A stretch of 64,000 nucleotides of DNA from Synechococcus sp. (GTDB lineage Bacteria > Cyanobacteriota > Cyanobacteriia > PCC-6307 > Cyanobiaceae), in the NCBI GenBank assembly GCA_047285535.1, contig JBJBDC010000001.1, positions 2,208,136 to 2,272,135 of the forward strand. Reading direction: 5' to 3'. Shown piece after piece: positions 18,289 through 30,069 of this stretch (the first letter of the stretch is position 1; each line of letters starts with the position of its first letter). The notes beneath the pieces were generated by a model. That model searched no databases and was not told the DNA's origin. It saw only the letters and a list, made by a program, of their open reading frames with translations. A program made the position numbers and the translations under genes.

Positions 18289-19446
18289 ATGAAATTGGTC
18301 TGTTCCCAGACGGAACTCAATACGGCCTTGCAGCTGGTAACTAGGGCTGTTGCCTCGCGTCCAACACATCCTGTGTTGGCCAATGTTTTACTCACCGCTG
18401 ATGCCGGTACCGATCGCCTCAGCCTCACTGGATTCGATCTGAATTTGGGGATTCAGACTTCGCTTCCTGCTTCTGTTGACACCAGTGGAGCCGTCACTCT
18501 GCCTGCAAGATTGCTGGGGGAAATCGTCTCCAAACTATCCAGTGATTCGCCAGTTGCTTTGTCCAGTGATTCCAGCGCTGAGCAAGTGGAGCTAACGAGT
18601 TCCAGCGGGAGTTATCAGATGCGAGGAATGCCTGCTGATGATTTCCCTGAGCTGCCGCTCGTGGAAAATGGCACAGCCTTACGGGTCGATCCCTCTTCGC
18701 TGCTTAGAGCTCTGCGTTCAACTCTTTTTGCCAGCAGTTCTGATGAAGCCAAACAACTCCTAACAGGAGTGCACCTGCGGTTCCATCAGAAGAGGTTGGA
18801 GGCAGCATCAACCGATGGTCATCGTCTTGCGATGTTGACACTTGAGGATGCGTTGCAAGCTGAAATTAATGTCGAAGATTCTGATACTGCTGAATTGGCG
18901 GTCACTCTTCCCTCACGCTCTTTGCGTGAAGTAGAGCGGTTGATGGCTAGCTGGAAAGGCAATGATCCGGTCAGCCTGTTTTGTGAAAGCGGTCAGGTGG
19001 TGGTATTGGCAGCCGACCAAATGGTGACGAGCCGCACCTTGGAGGGAACTTATCCTAATTATCGGCAGCTGATTCCAGATAGTTTTAGTCGCACCATCGA
19101 TCTCGATCGCCGAGCCTTCATTTCCGCTTTAGAGCGAATTGCTGTGCTTGCTGATCAACATAATAATGTCGTCCGTATTGCCAGCGAGCCAGACACAGGG
19201 TTAGTTCAGATCAGTGCTGATGCTCAAGATGTGGGCAGTGGTTCTGAGTCCCTCCCTGCTGAGATCAATGGCGAGGCGATACAAATTGCTTTCAACGTGC
19301 GTTACGTATTGGATGGTCTTAAAGCCATGGATTTGGATCGCATCACGTTGTCTTGCAACGCACCAACCACTCCTGCGATCCTGACACCATCCAATGATGA
19401 GGCGGGCCTCACCTATCTCGTGATGCCTGTTCAGATCCGTTCCTGA
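18289..19446 (+). CDS. dnaN: DNA polymerase III beta sliding clamp
   Basis: RPTHPVLANVLL, STDGHRL, EGTYPNY, YLVMPVQIRS; ATG 18289. Confidence 0.97.
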   Translation: MKLVCSQTELNTALQLVTRAVASRPTHPVLANVLLTADAGTDRLSLTGFDLNLGIQTSLPASVDTSGAVTLPARLLGEIVSKLSSDSPVALSSDSSAEQVELTSSSGSYQMRGMPADDFPELPLVENGTALRVDPSSLLRALRSTLFASSSDEAKQLLTGVHLRFHQKRLEAASTDGHRLAMLTLEDALQAEINVEDSDTAELAVTLPSRSLREVERLMASWKGNDPVSLFCESGQVVVLAADQMVTSRTLEGTYPNYRQLIPDSFSRTIDLDRRAFISALERIAVLADQHNNVVRIASEPDTGLVQISADAQDVGSGSESLPAEINGEAIQIAFNVRYVLDGLKAMDLDRITLSCNAPTTPAILTPSNDEAGLTYLVMPVQIRS

Positions 19447-19462
19447 ATCCGTTCACGACGTC

Positions 19463-20245
19463 TTGCCTGTTCCGGACCAGCTCCTCTTGAGCGATCTCTT
19501 GCGCCACCGTGTGCGCTGTGATCAAGGCCTTGATCATGGCCCTGGGGTCATGGCTTGGATGCACCCTCCAGTGCATCGACTGCTCGGTTGGGTCAGTCGA
19601 CCGTCTGCCTTGCGTTCAATCCGAGACGTTTGGCGTCTGAATCAGTGTCGCGGCTTCGATGACCTGCAGGTTTTTGTGAAAGGGTCTCCTGCTGAAGTGG
19701 ATCAGATCACTCTGGACCGTCTGCCCACACTTCTTGATGCTGATCTACTCAATGCAGATAGAGAGAGGGTTGGAATCATCGCTGACTTAGCTTTTCTGCC
19801 ATCCAACGGTCAGATTTGTCATTACTTGGTGGCTCGTAGTGATCCTCGTCTGCCCGGTAGTAGTCGTTGGCGATTGTTTCCCGATCGAATCCTGGACCAA
19901 CAGCCTGGATTGGTCTCGACAGCCATCCATGAATTGGATGATCTACCTCTCGCTCGCGCCAGTGTTCGACAAGATTTTCTTCAGCGCTCACGCCATTGGC
20001 GGGAACAGCTACAGCAATTGGGTGATCGTGCTGGTGAGCGCTTGGAGGGATGGTTGGAAGAACCTCCTTGGGATGAACAAGCTCAGGCCTCTGAGTTTTT
20101 GGCTTCTGATCCTTCACCATCAGCACCAACGCTCGATCCATTGGACGATTGGGATGAAGGCGAGTGGATAGAGGAATCTCGTGGAGAACATCGACGTTCG
20201 CCTCGGAATAACGGGCCTGATCAGGAGGAAGATCCTTGGGTCTGA
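19463..20245 (+). CDS. Conserved hypothetical protein (PRC-barrel-like, acidic C-terminus)
   Basis: Fills the gap between dnaN and purL; LLNADRERVGIIADLAF is a PRC-barrel-like segment. Confidence 0.75.
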   Translation: MPVPDQLLLSDLLRHRVRCDQGLDHGPGVMAWMHPPVHRLLGWVSRPSALRSIRDVWRLNQCRGFDDLQVFVKGSPAEVDQITLDRLPTLLDADLLNADRERVGIIADLAFLPSNGQICHYLVARSDPRLPGSSRWRLFPDRILDQQPGLVSTAIHELDDLPLARASVRQDFLQRSRHWREQLQQLGDRAGERLEGWLEEPPWDEQAQASEFLASDPSPSAPTLDPLDDWDEGEWIEESRGEHRRSPRNNGPDQEEDPWV

Positions 20246-20275
20246 TCGTCGGCAACACTGGGTACAGATGATTCA

Positions 20276-22615
20276 TTGGTTGTGACCCATTCCTCCCATG
20301 CGGTTGCGGCATTCGATCTTGAGGAGGCTCTGCGCCAGGAGGGTCTGACACAAAAGGATTACAGCGAAATTCAGCGTCGTCTTGGCAGGGATCCCAATCG
20401 CGCTGAACTGGGCATGTTTGGTGTGATGTGGTCAGAGCATTGCTGTTATCGCAATTCCAGGCCCCTGTTAAGTGGCTTTCCTACGGAAGGCCCTCACATT
20501 CTTGAAGGCCCCGGAGAGAATGCTGGTGTCGTCGATCTGGGAGAAGGTCATCGCTTGGCCTTCAAAATTGAAAGTCATAATCATCCCTCTGCTGTTGAGC
20601 CCTTTCAAGGAGCTGCCACAGGCGTTGGCGGGATTCTGCGTGACATTTTCACGATGGGAGCGAGGCCAATTGCGTTGCTGAATGCGTTGCGTTTTGGACC
20701 GCTTGAAGAGCAAGCGACCCGTGGATTGATGGAAGGCGTTGTTGCTGGTATTGCTCATTACGGCAATTGTGTTGGGGTTCCCACCGTTGGTGGCGAGGTG
20801 GCATTTGATCCGTCCTACAGAGGTAATCCCTTGGTGAATGCGATGGCCTTGGGCTTAATGGAAACCGATGACATCGTGCGCTCTGGAGCTGCTGGCATCG
20901 GCAATCCCGTTGTGTATGTCGGCAGCACCACCGGACGTGATGGCATGGGGGGTGCCAGTTTCGCGAGCGCTGAGCTCAGCGCCGATTCTTTGGATGATCG
21001 CCCTGCTGTGCAAGTAGGAGATCCTTTTCTTGAGAAGGGGCTGATTGAGGCTTGTCTCGAGGCCTTTCAGAGCGGTGATGTTGTGGCTGCTCAGGACATG
21101 GGCGCTGCTGGTCTCACCTGTAGTTGCTCGGAGATGGCTGCTAAGGGGGATGTGGGTATCGAGTTGGATCTAGATCGGGTACCAGCAAGAGAACAAGGCA
21201 TGACTGCCTATGAGTTTCTTCTGTCGGAATCTCAAGAGCGCATGTTGTTCGTTGTGCGTTCTGGTCGGGAAGAGGTGTTGATGAATCGATTCCGACGTTG
21301 GGGACTTCAGGCAGCTGTGGTTGGTCGGGTTTTGGAGGAGCCTGTGGTCAGGGTCATGCAACACGGTGCCGTGGCGGCCGAAGTTCCTGCTCGGGCCCTC
21401 GCGGAAGACACCCCGATTAATCGGCATGAGCTCTTGTCAGAGCCTCCGGACGATATCCAGACTCTGTGGAAATGGTGTGAATCGGATCTTCCTGTTCCAG
21501 CAACTGATCACGACTGGAATTTAGATCTTTTGCGATTACTTGATGATCCCACGATTGCCAGCAAACGCTGGATTTATCGCCAATACGACCAGCAGGTTTT
21601 AGCCAATACCGTGATCCGGGCTGGAGGTGCTGATGCTGCGGTGGTCCGCCTCCGTCCCCAGCAGGGTGATGCGTCGCTGCAAAAGTCTCAACGTGGAGTT
21701 GCGGCGACGGTGGATTGTCCTAATCGCTGGGTGGCACTTGATCCAGAGCGGGGAGCAATGGCAGCGGTGGCAGAAGCTGCTCGCAATCTCAGCTGTGTTG
21801 GAGCGGAACCCATTGCTGTGACAGACAATCTGAATTTCCCGTCACCGGAAACACCCAAGGGGTATTGGCAGATGGCGCTTGCCTGTCGGGGGCTTTCCAA
21901 TGCCTGTCGTGCTTTGGGCACCCCTGTGACCGGTGGCAACGTGTCTCTCTACAACGAAACTCGTGCTGATGATGGCAGTCTCCAGCCCATTCATCCCACG
22001 CCTGTTGTGGGCATGGTCGGGTTGGTTGAAGATCTTGATCACTCAGGGGGATTGGCTTGGCGTCAGCCTGGTGATCGTGTTGTTCTGCTCGGTATCTCAA
22101 CCCATGAGGACTGTCATGCAGGGATTGGTTTGGCTGGCAGTAGCTATCAGGGCATTGTTCATGGATTGTTAACAGGCCGGCCTCCTACCGTGGATCTGGA
22201 GTTGGAGGTTCAGGTTCAAGCCTTCGTTCGCCAGGCTTTTGCTAAAGGACTTTTGGCTTCAGCCCATGACAGCAGTGATGGTGGTTTGGCTGTTGCTCTT
22301 GCTGAAAGTGCTCTGGCTTCTGGTCTCGGTGTTGATCTCAATTTGCCGCAGGGTTCTGCTCGTCTTGATCGCGTTTTATTTGCAGAGGGCGGTGCACGAA
22401 TTGTCGTCTCGGTTTGTGCTGAACATTGGAGCGATTGGCAGGCCTTCGTGGACTCCCAAGAGCATCAAAGCGTTCCTGTGACAGAGATTGGAACTGTTGC
22501 TGATCATGGTTGTTTCAGAATTGATGTGGGAAGTCATCCAGTCATTGATCTCCCTGTTGATCAGTTGCGTGAGCAATATGAACAAGCTGTGCCCCGTCGC
22601 CTTAGTGCGGTCTGA
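20276..22615 (+). CDS. purL: Phosphoribosylformylglycinamidine synthase subunit PurL
   Basis: [39 protein letters not shown]. Confidence 0.97.
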   Translation: MVVTHSSHAVAAFDLEEALRQEGLTQKDYSEIQRRLGRDPNRAELGMFGVMWSEHCCYRNSRPLLSGFPTEGPHILEGPGENAGVVDLGEGHRLAFKIESHNHPSAVEPFQGAATGVGGILRDIFTMGARPIALLNALRFGPLEEQATRGLMEGVVAGIAHYGNCVGVPTVGGEVAFDPSYRGNPLVNAMALGLMETDDIVRSGAAGIGNPVVYVGSTTGRDGMGGASFASAELSADSLDDRPAVQVGDPFLEKGLIEACLEAFQSGDVVAAQDMGAAGLTCSCSEMAAKGDVGIELDLDRVPAREQGMTAYEFLLSESQERMLFVVRSGREEVLMNRFRRWGLQAAVVGRVLEEPVVRVMQHGAVAAEVPARALAEDTPINRHELLSEPPDDIQTLWKWCESDLPVPATDHDWNLDLLRLLDDPTIASKRWIYRQYDQQVLANTVIRAGGADAAVVRLRPQQGDASLQKSQRGVAATVDCPNRWVALDPERGAMAAVAEAARNLSCVGAEPIAVTDNLNFPSPETPKGYWQMALACRGLSNACRALGTPVTGGNVSLYNETRADDGSLQPIHPTPVVGMVGLVEDLDHSGGLAWRQPGDRVVLLGISTHEDCHAGIGLAGSSYQGIVHGLLTGRPPTVDLELEVQVQAFVRQAFAKGLLASAHDSSDGGLAVALAESALASGLGVDLNLPQGSARLDRVLFAEGGARIVVSVCAEHWSDWQAFVDSQEHQSVPVTEIGTVADHGCFRIDVGSHPVIDLPVDQLREQYEQAVPRRLSAV

Positions 22616-24120
22616 TGCAGAATCTTGAGACTCATTCGAAGTCGAGGCGGCCGGTGCATCAGCTCGAGACAGAGCGTTCCGATCGCATGGAAGAAGCCTG
22701 CGGTGTTTTTGCTGTGCAGGCGTTGGAACAGCCAGTGGCCAACCTTGTCTATTTCGGTCTTTATGCCTTGCAGCATCGCGGGCAGGAATCAGCTGGCATT
22801 GCTGTCTTCAACGAGGGAAAGGTCAGGCTCCATAAAGACATGGGCCTGGTGAGCCAGGTGTTTGATCAGGATGTGCTTGCCCGCATGCCCGGAGGTTTAG
22901 CCGTTGGCCATAACCGTTATTCGACTACGGGAAGTAGCAAGGTATGTAATGCCCAGCCGGTGGTCCTGATGACTCGGCTTGGTCCCTTTGCACTTGCTCA
23001 TAACGGCAATCTTGTGAATGCAGCAGAATTACGCGCTCATGTTGATAACGGTGAGGTGGAATTTACGTCCACCACTGATTCCGAATTGATTGCTTATGCG
23101 GTTCAGCAGGCTGTGGATGGAGGATTGGATTGGATAGAAGGGATTACGTCTGCAGCATCCTTATGCCAGGGGGCTTTCAGTTTGGTGATTGGAACTCCAG
23201 ATGCCCTGTATGGCTTGCGTGATGGTTATGGGATTCGACCGCTTGTTTACGGTTTTCTCGGTGAAAAGGAAAGTGGAAACTGGGTTCTCAGTAGCGAAAC
23301 TTGTGGACTCGATATCATTGGATCACAGTTTGTTGCTGATGTCGAACCAGGCGAGTTAGTAGTTTTTCGTTGTGGTGATCCAACACCTGAATGTCGTCGC
23401 TGGATTGAGCCGACCAAACGCATGTGTGTGTTTGAAATGATCTATTTCGCTCGTCCTGATAGTCGTTTCTTTGGTGAATCTCTCTACAGCTATCGCCAAC
23501 GTATCGGTCAGATCTTGGCTCGTGAATCAGCTGTGGAAGCGGATCTCGTGATTGGTGTGCCGGATTCAGGAATTCCTGCTGCAATTGGTTTTTCCCAGAT
23601 CAGTGGAATTCCTTATGCCGACGGATTGATCAAAAACCGCTATGTCGGTCGAACATTTATTCAGCCAACCCAGGCAATGCGTGAGGCTGGTATTCGCGTC
23701 AAACTCAATCCACTGCCTGACGTTCTAAATGGTAAAAGGGTTCTGGTGATAGATGACTCGATCGTCCGTGGAACCACGAGTCGAAAATTAGTTCAAGCTC
23801 TCCGTGAGGCCGGAGCGATCGAAGTGCACATGCGCATTAGTTCACCTCCCGTGACCCATCCCTGTTTTTATGGAATAGATACCGATACACAAGATCAGTT
23901 GATCGCTGCTCGACTGACCCTCCAGGAAATTGAACAGCATCTCAAGGTTGATTCTCTGGCGTATCTCACTAAGGAAGGGATGGTGGAAGCGGCCAATGCT
24001 CATTCAGAACATTTCTGTACGGCTTGTTTTGATGGCAACTATCCCATTCCGATGGATGCTTCGATGAGTGCGAGCAAGCTCATGCTGGAGCCTGCTGGTG
24101 TGGCTGCGACAAAGTCATGA
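22615..24120 (+). CDS. purF: Amidophosphoribosyltransferase
   Basis: Propeptide followed by CGVF, LQHRGQESAG, VIDDSIVRGTT, HPCFYGID, CTAC. Confidence 0.97.
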   Translation: MQNLETHSKSRRPVHQLETERSDRMEEACGVFAVQALEQPVANLVYFGLYALQHRGQESAGIAVFNEGKVRLHKDMGLVSQVFDQDVLARMPGGLAVGHNRYSTTGSSKVCNAQPVVLMTRLGPFALAHNGNLVNAAELRAHVDNGEVEFTSTTDSELIAYAVQQAVDGGLDWIEGITSAASLCQGAFSLVIGTPDALYGLRDGYGIRPLVYGFLGEKESGNWVLSSETCGLDIIGSQFVADVEPGELVVFRCGDPTPECRRWIEPTKRMCVFEMIYFARPDSRFFGESLYSYRQRIGQILARESAVEADLVIGVPDSGIPAAIGFSQISGIPYADGLIKNRYVGRTFIQPTQAMREAGIRVKLNPLPDVLNGKRVLVIDDSIVRGTTSRKLVQALREAGAIEVHMRISSPPVTHPCFYGIDTDTQDQLIAARLTLQEIEQHLKVDSLAYLTKEGMVEAANAHSEHFCTACFDGNYPIPMDASMSASKLMLEPAGVAATKS

Positions 24121-24133
24121 TCTGATTCGTTGA

Positions 24134-26596
24134 TCAGCTAATTAGAGGTATTAAACGCAGAATTGATTCGTTATCTTTCAACGGGAGAAGATTCTGCTCG
24201 TTGAAGTCGAGCCGTCCGTGGCGACCATTGGATGTAACTACGCCGATTAAGGAATCGGCCAGGCAAGCTGCCGCAATCCGTTCCATCCCTTTGCTGGTTT
24301 CAAAATTCAACTCCCAGCCCATTTCTCCGAGATCTCCCCGTTTACAGGGACGAATGCTATTGAGTTCTAAACAATGCAATCGTCCAGTTTGACTTGCTAG
24401 CAGGATGAGTGTTGGGCGATCAGCGTGCCCGGCGATTGCGGTGACCAACTGTTCGCCAGGGAGCAGACGCATGGTGATCGGTCCTTGAGCCAACTTGCCC
24501 ATGAGTGGCAAATTTGTTTCGTCTGCTCGCAATCGAAGAATTCTGCCGATGTCACTGATGACTGCCACATCAGCGTGGTCTTGACAAATCAGGGCTGCTT
24601 TTAAGCTCACTCCTTCTTTTAGCTTGAGGACTGTGGCAGCTCGTCCCGATAACTCTTGAATGTCTTTGAGCGGAAGCCGCTTGAAACGACCATCACTGGT
24701 CAAGAGTCCTAGGGATTTTGTCTGATTTGCTGAGAGATCGTCTGGGTTCGGCAATGGCAGCAAGGACACCACATCATCGCCTTCAAGGGCAGTGGGTAGG
24801 AATCGCTCCAGGGTTCCTTGTTGCTGTCCTGCAAATTCCCATCGCACTAGTGCGACACGGCCACTGGCTGTGACAGCCAGGAGACGGGGTGGCGGATGGA
24901 TTGGAAGACTGATCAGGGCAGGGGAGGGTTCATCTCCCATAGGGACTGGTTCGTTGAGATGTAGCCGTCCAAGCAATTGAGGGCTCACGATCTTCACTTG
25001 ACCATCGTCTTGAATCAGTAGCCTGGAGTCGCTTGGCAGGGCGTCAAGCGCCTGGCGTCTTTGTAATTCGGCATTGGGTCGCTGACTCGCAGCTCTCTCG
25101 GCGAGAAGGTGGTCACCACCTTCCACTAGTCGGGTTCGTCTCGGTGTTGCAAAGCGTTTTTTAAGTTGTCGAAGCTCATCAATTAGGGCATCTAGTAATT
25201 GTTCGCGGTTTTCCAATAGCAGGGTTAAGCGTTGTCTTTCTTGACGAAGATCATCTGCTTCCTTGCGCAGGCTTTCCTGCTCAAGGCCTGTGAGCCTGCG
25301 TAATGGCATCGCCAGGACGGCATCAGCCTGTCGTTCACTCAGATCGAAATGAACCATCAAACTGGCTCTTGCTTTGGCTGCATCTCTAGCTTCCTGAATC
25401 ATGCCGATCACTTTTTGAAGTGATGCGAGGGCGGTGATCAGGCCTTCCACCACCTCAAGCCGATCTTCCGTTTTGCGTAGCGCATGATTTGTACGCCTAA
25501 TGATCGTGAGCTCTCTGTAATCCAGGAAGGTTTTGAGGAGTTGACGCAGTGTGAGCTGCTGAGGTCTCCCATCGACTAGGGCGAGCAGGATCGCGCCGAA
25601 ATTGCTTTGAAGTGACGTGCGTCGTTGCAAGTCTGCAAGCACTGCTTCTGGATCTGCATCACGGCGTAGTTCCACCACCACCCGCATGCCTTCACGGTCG
25701 CTCTCATCACGGATATCAGCGATGCCGCCAATTTTCCCGTCGTTGACTTGCTCAGCAAGTTTTTCGATCCAGCCAGCCTTGCTGAGTTGGTAAGGAAGTT
25801 CTGTCACGATCACGGCGTTACGTCGATGCTTGCCTTTACCGGGCTGCACTTCCTCGACGTGGGCGACTCCGCGCATGGGAATGCTGCCTCTTCCGCGTAA
25901 ATAAGTTTCGCGGAGACCACTTCCTAGAAGTACCTCACCACCGGTGGGGAAATCAGGTCCGGGGATCAGTTTGAAGACCTCTTCATCGCTCAGATCAGGT
26001 CGTCGAACCAGAGCAATGAGTCCGTCTACGACCTCGCCAAGGTTGTGGGGAGGAATGCTGGTGGCCATGCCAACGGCAATACCTGAGCAGCCGTTGAGAA
26101 GCAAAAAAGGTAATTGGGCGGGAAGAACGGTGGGTTCTTGTTGGGATCCATCGAAGTTGGCTGCAAAATCAACAGTGTCGTTGCCAATTTCATCCAGCAA
26201 CCCCTCGTGAGAAATAGGAGCTAAACGCGTTTCGGTGTACCGCATCGCTGCTGGTGGATCGTCATCCACTGAGCCGAAGTTGCCATGACCATCCAACAAA
26301 GGATTGCGGCTTGAGAAGGTTTGGACCAACCTCACCAAGGCGTCATAAACGGCCTGATCACCATGCGGGTGGTACTTACCAAGTACATCCCCTACGACAC
26401 GGGCACACTTTCGATAAGGACGATCTGGGGTCAGCCCCAGTTCATGCATCGCAAACAGAATTCTGCGCTGAACCGGCTTCAATCCATCACGAACGTCAGG
26501 GAGAGCTCTTCCCACGATGACGCTCATCGCGTATTCGAGGTATGAGCGCTGCATTTCCTGATGCAGGGCGATCAATTGAACGCGCTCCTCGGCCAT
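24134..26596 (-). CDS. Type IIA topoisomerase subunit A (GyrA/ParC-like paralogue)
   Basis: [26 protein letters not shown] (catalytic Tyr). The C-terminal domain is degenerate with no visible GyrA-box. Confidence 0.9.
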   Translation of the reverse strand: MAEERVQLIALHQEMQRSYLEYAMSVIVGRALPDVRDGLKPVQRRILFAMHELGLTPDRPYRKCARVVGDVLGKYHPHGDQAVYDALVRLVQTFSSRNPLLDGHGNFGSVDDDPPAAMRYTETRLAPISHEGLLDEIGNDTVDFAANFDGSQQEPTVLPAQLPFLLLNGCSGIAVGMATSIPPHNLGEVVDGLIALVRRPDLSDEEVFKLIPGPDFPTGGEVLLGSGLRETYLRGRGSIPMRGVAHVEEVQPGKGKHRRNAVIVTELPYQLSKAGWIEKLAEQVNDGKIGGIADIRDESDREGMRVVVELRRDADPEAVLADLQRRTSLQSNFGAILLALVDGRPQQLTLRQLLKTFLDYRELTIIRRTNHALRKTEDRLEVVEGLITALASLQKVIGMIQEARDAAKARASLMVHFDLSERQADAVLAMPLRRLTGLEQESLRKEADDLRQERQRLTLLLENREQLLDALIDELRQLKKRFATPRRTRLVEGGDHLLAERAASQRPNAELQRRQALDALPSDSRLLIQDDGQVKIVSPQLLGRLHLNEPVPMGDEPSPALISLPIHPPPRLLAVTASGRVALVRWEFAGQQQGTLERFLPTALEGDDVVSLLPLPNPDDLSANQTKSLGLLTSDGRFKRLPLKDIQELSGRAATVLKLKEGVSLKAALICQDHADVAVISDIGRILRLRADETNLPLMGKLAQGPITMRLLPGEQLVTAIAGHADRPTLILLASQTGRLHCLELNSIRPCKRGDLGEMGWELNFETSKGMERIAAACLADSLIGVVTSNGRHGRLDFNEQNLLPLKDNESILRLIPLIS

Positions 26597-26665
26597 CCTG
26601 TAGGGAAAAAAGAGGGCAGACGAGTGTCAGCCTACAGATCTTCTTCTACTTGACCAGATTTTTCG

Positions 26666-27568
26666 TTAATGAGCGCTTCTCGGATCTGCATTGGCTTCGG
26701 CTCGTTCTACGGCATCTTGAAGGCTTGGGTTGTTGAGAAGTTCTGCTGTTGCCCTACGTAATTTCTGGCCCCAAAGTTGTTTTTTCTGGTGGCCAGGTAG
26801 GACGTAATTAGGAGATTCAGCAAGGGCTTTTCGGGCTAGCGCTATGGATTCCTGGTCGCCAGCATCAACTTGATTCAGCGCAGCAGCTAGGGCCAACATT
26901 GGCTCTGGATTGGCATTGATCGCTAATACAGAACGCCATCGACGAATGGCTTCTCTGGTGTTTCCCATTTCAAAAAGCACCAGGCTTTGATTATTCAAGG
27001 CTTCCCAGAAACTGGGTTTAATCGCGGTGGCCCGTTCAAAGGCTTGAAGGGCCCGTTTTTGATCAGATTGCATCACCCTGGCATTGCCAAGATCGAAGTA
27101 TGCAGTTGCGTTTTTGGGATCCAGACTGAGACCTCGGTCCAGAAGTGGAATCGCATCTTCCGGACGGTTATTGCGTAGCGCTAGGGATGCTTGTGCAAAC
27201 CAGAGCCCTGGATTGGTCGGATTGAGTGATTTCGCTCTGGCTAGGGATCCAGCTGCAGCATCGAGCTGATCGCTGCGCAGTTGGGATTCAGCTAGCACGG
27301 ACCAGAGCCTTTCATCATTGGGTTGTAGACGTACAGCCAAAGCAGCTAGTCGGGCAGCTTCTTTGGGCTGTTCCAGCTGAAGCAACTGTGCTGCAGTGCG
27401 ACCAATGCCAATTCCCGCACGCGCTAGTTCCCGAGTGCTAGGTGTATAAACATAGGGAATTAAGGCTTTCGCCGGCTTGGCGTTGCATAGTCCGATCGCG
27501 CTCATGAGGGCGGCTGCCACCCAGGCGTTGTTGAAAGATTGGATTGAACGCCGATGGGATCCCATCAC
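26666..27568 (-). CDS. Tetratricopeptide-repeat protein with signal peptide
   Basis: Repeated helix pairs ending L-x-P (LQPND, LNPTN, LDPKN, IKPSF); AKA cleavage site. Confidence 0.85.
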   Translation of the reverse strand: MMGSHRRSIQSFNNAWVAAALMSAIGLCNAKPAKALIPYVYTPSTRELARAGIGIGRTAAQLLQLEQPKEAARLAALAVRLQPNDERLWSVLAESQLRSDQLDAAAGSLARAKSLNPTNPGLWFAQASLALRNNRPEDAIPLLDRGLSLDPKNATAYFDLGNARVMQSDQKRALQAFERATAIKPSFWEALNNQSLVLFEMGNTREAIRRWRSVLAINANPEPMLALAAALNQVDAGDQESIALARKALAESPNYVLPGHQKKQLWGQKLRRATAELLNNPSLQDAVERAEANADPRSAH

Positions 27569-28539
27569 CGAGTCTCAGATGAGGACAGATTAGGTGGATT
27601 CACTGACTTTGCTGCTGCTGCATTACGTCGCCACATCCAAGGTTTGATGCGTCTGAGCGCGGATCCACGCAGCTTGTGATCCCACGTTTGTGGATCCCAT
27701 TGCTCCACCTGTTCTGCACTGAGATCTAAAACCCAGCGACGGGGTTGCACCTCGGGATCTTCACTCGAGGGCAGCCGTTTCTGATTGAAAGGACAGATGT
27801 CTTGGCAAATATCACAGCCAGCGACCCATTGACCCATACCAATCTTGATGAAGTCTGGAAGTTCTTGATCGCGATTTTCAATTGTGTGGTATGCTATACA
27901 TCGACGTGAATCAACCACGAACGGTTCCCTGATGGCGTTGGTGGGGCAGGCGTCCATACAAGCTCTGCAATGGCCACAGAGCGATTGCGCTGGCTGATCA
28001 GCAACCAGCTCCTCTGTGGTTAGAAGGTGGCCAATCACCATCCAAGATCCTCGTTGTGGATGAATCACGTTGCTGTGTTTTCCGATCCATCCGAGACCTG
28101 CCTCTTCTGCCCATGCCTTGTCCATTAAGGGTTCGGCATCCACGCAAACCCGCCAGCGCGAATTGGGCCGTTGCGTTTTAAGCCAGCGCCCAACCCGCCT
28201 TAATCTTTGGCTCACAACGCGGTGATAATCACGGCCCCATGCATAGCGAGCAATTGCAAGCCTATTGAATTGTCGAGATTCTGAAACGTAGTAGTTCAGT
28301 CCAACGGCAAGCAGACTGCGAGCACCGTCCAGTAGTGAGCTTGCTTCCAGTCTTCGCGGAGCAGACATCCAGCCCATCTCTGCTTGGAAACCAGCATCAA
28401 GCCATCGTTGCAAGGATGCTGTGCGCATTTTCAGCCTGGCGCTTCCAGGCAAACATGCGATCCCCACTGGATCGAAACCTTCTAGGTATGCCCGTTCTTT
28501 AAGCGCCGAACTGAGTTGAACCTGTCCTGTTGAGGACAT
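27565..28539 (-). CDS. queG: Epoxyqueuosine reductase
   Basis: YAWGRDYH, AGLGWIGK, CGHCRACMDACPT, GCDICQDICP. Confidence 0.93.
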   Translation of the reverse strand: MSSTGQVQLSSALKERAYLEGFDPVGIACLPGSARLKMRTASLQRWLDAGFQAEMGWMSAPRRLEASSLLDGARSLLAVGLNYYVSESRQFNRLAIARYAWGRDYHRVVSQRLRRVGRWLKTQRPNSRWRVCVDAEPLMDKAWAEEAGLGWIGKHSNVIHPQRGSWMVIGHLLTTEELVADQPAQSLCGHCRACMDACPTNAIREPFVVDSRRCIAYHTIENRDQELPDFIKIGMGQWVAGCDICQDICPFNQKRLPSSEDPEVQPRRWVLDLSAEQVEQWDPQTWDHKLRGSALRRIKPWMWRRNAAAAKSVNPPNLSSSETR

Positions 28540-28583
28540 CGCGGAAACAGACCGTAAAGTTAGCCGTCCTTAATTATCCTGAC

Positions 28584-29246
28584 GTGTCCGCATCCCCATC
28601 GGGTTCTCAATCCTTACGACTTTCATTTGTTCTTCGCTGGTTGGGAATCACCCTGGTTGTGCTCCTGGCGTTACAAATGGCTGTTCTTTTGAGTGCAGCT
28701 GATTGGGCAGATGGAGTTTTTAAACAACTGTTGATTGAGCGTTTGGTTAGCCAAACCCCCATGGGGTTTATCGGTCTCTTGCTGATGCTTTTGGGTTCTC
28801 GTCTTGACCATCCCGAGTCAGCAAGACCTCCGATTCGTTGGGTTGTTTCCGCTCTTTCTGCGGTCTTGGCGATCGCGATGATTGTGGTAGTCCCTGTTTC
28901 GATAACCGGTAACCAGAATCTTTCGGGCGAAACCGAGCAAACGCTTGACCAGCAGCGTGGTCAGCTGGAGATGGCTCGTGAGCAATCAGCGAATCCCGAT
29001 AACGTGAAAATGTTGGGAAATCAGCTTGCTCAAGCTGGCCAATTGCCTGCTGATGCCAGTGAAGAAGACAAAACCAAAGCAGCTCAGGCTTTCATCGATA
29101 AACAGCTGAAGCAGATGGAACAGCAGATTCAGCAGGGGGAACGTCAGCGCAACCTTGCTGTCAATCAGCGTCGCTATGGAGGGACATTGAGTGCGGTGAT
29201 TCTTGCCATCGCTCTTTTGCTGTTGGCTCTAGCAGCCGTGATCTAA
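28584..29246 (+). CDS. HpsJ-like membrane protein
   Basis: Three N-terminal TM helices, a Q-rich coiled coil and a C-terminal TM. GTG 28584 chosen as start. Confidence 0.65.
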   Translation: MSASPSGSQSLRLSFVLRWLGITLVVLLALQMAVLLSAADWADGVFKQLLIERLVSQTPMGFIGLLLMLLGSRLDHPESARPPIRWVVSALSAVLAIAMIVVVPVSITGNQNLSGETEQTLDQQRGQLEMAREQSANPDNVKMLGNQLAQAGQLPADASEEDKTKAAQAFIDKQLKQMEQQIQQGERQRNLAVNQRRYGGTLSAVILAIALLLLALAAVI

Positions 29247-29301
29247 TCGATCCGCTGGTTAGGTTGGTGAGATCACGTCAGCCTCAGGCCACAGGCGTTC
29301 C

Positions 29302-30054
29302 TTGGTGCAGTCCAATACAAGACCTGACCTGCCGCCTCTCGGCGCCAGGCTTCAGCAAGATCTGAAGAACGATTTAATCGCAGGGTTGTTAGTGGTTATT
29401 CCGCTAGCAACCACCATCTGGCTGGCAACCACTGTCAGCAGATTTGTGCTGGCTTTTCTTACTTCAATTCCGAAGCAGTTCAACCCGTTCATCACCCTCA
29501 ATCCTCTTTTGCAGGATTTGATTAATTTGGCGCTTGGATTGACCGTGCCCCTTTTTGCGATTTTGCTGATTGGCTTGATGGCGAGGAATATCGTCGGCCG
29601 CTGGTTACTTGAGTTCGGTGAAGGGACTCTGCAACGCATCCCTCTTGCTGGTTCTGTTTACAAAACGCTGAAGCAATTGCTCGCAACGTTTCTGAGAGAT
29701 AACTCTCAGCGATTCCGTCGCGTTGTGTTAGTGGAATATCCTCGTGAGGGCTTGTACAGCGTTGGATTTGTGACTGGAGAGGTGGGACCCTCCCTCCAAG
29801 CTGAGCTCAAGGAGCCTCTTCTCAGTGTTTTTATTCCCACTGCCCCTAATCCAACCACAGGCTGGTACACCCTGGTTCCAGCTACCTCAGTTAAGGATCT
29901 AGAGATTTCAGTGGAAGATGCGTTCCGAACGATTATTTCCGCTGGAATTGTGAATCCTGATGACCGTGAAGCTCCTGTGAATAGAAGTTTTTCCAGCTTG
30001 ATCTCTCAATTGCGTGGTTCTGTGTCACCGTCTTCGTCCACCACTGGAGCCTGA
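29302..30054 (+). CDS. DUF502 membrane protein
   Basis: AGLLVVIPLATT, VLVEYPR, VFIPTAPNPTTG. Confidence 0.88.
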   Translation: MVQSNTRPDLPPLGARLQQDLKNDLIAGLLVVIPLATTIWLATTVSRFVLAFLTSIPKQFNPFITLNPLLQDLINLALGLTVPLFAILLIGLMARNIVGRWLLEFGEGTLQRIPLAGSVYKTLKQLLATFLRDNSQRFRRVVLVEYPREGLYSVGFVTGEVGPSLQAELKEPLLSVFIPTAPNPTTGWYTLVPATSVKDLEISVEDAFRTIISAGIVNPDDREAPVNRSFSSLISQLRGSVSPSSSTTGA

Positions 30055-30069
30055 ACTCGACTCGGCCGT

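Noticed and set aside
17881..18369. Short minus-strand ORFs (68 and 65 aa) over the origin
   Set aside because: They overlap DnaA boxes and the dnaN start and have no protein-like motifs.
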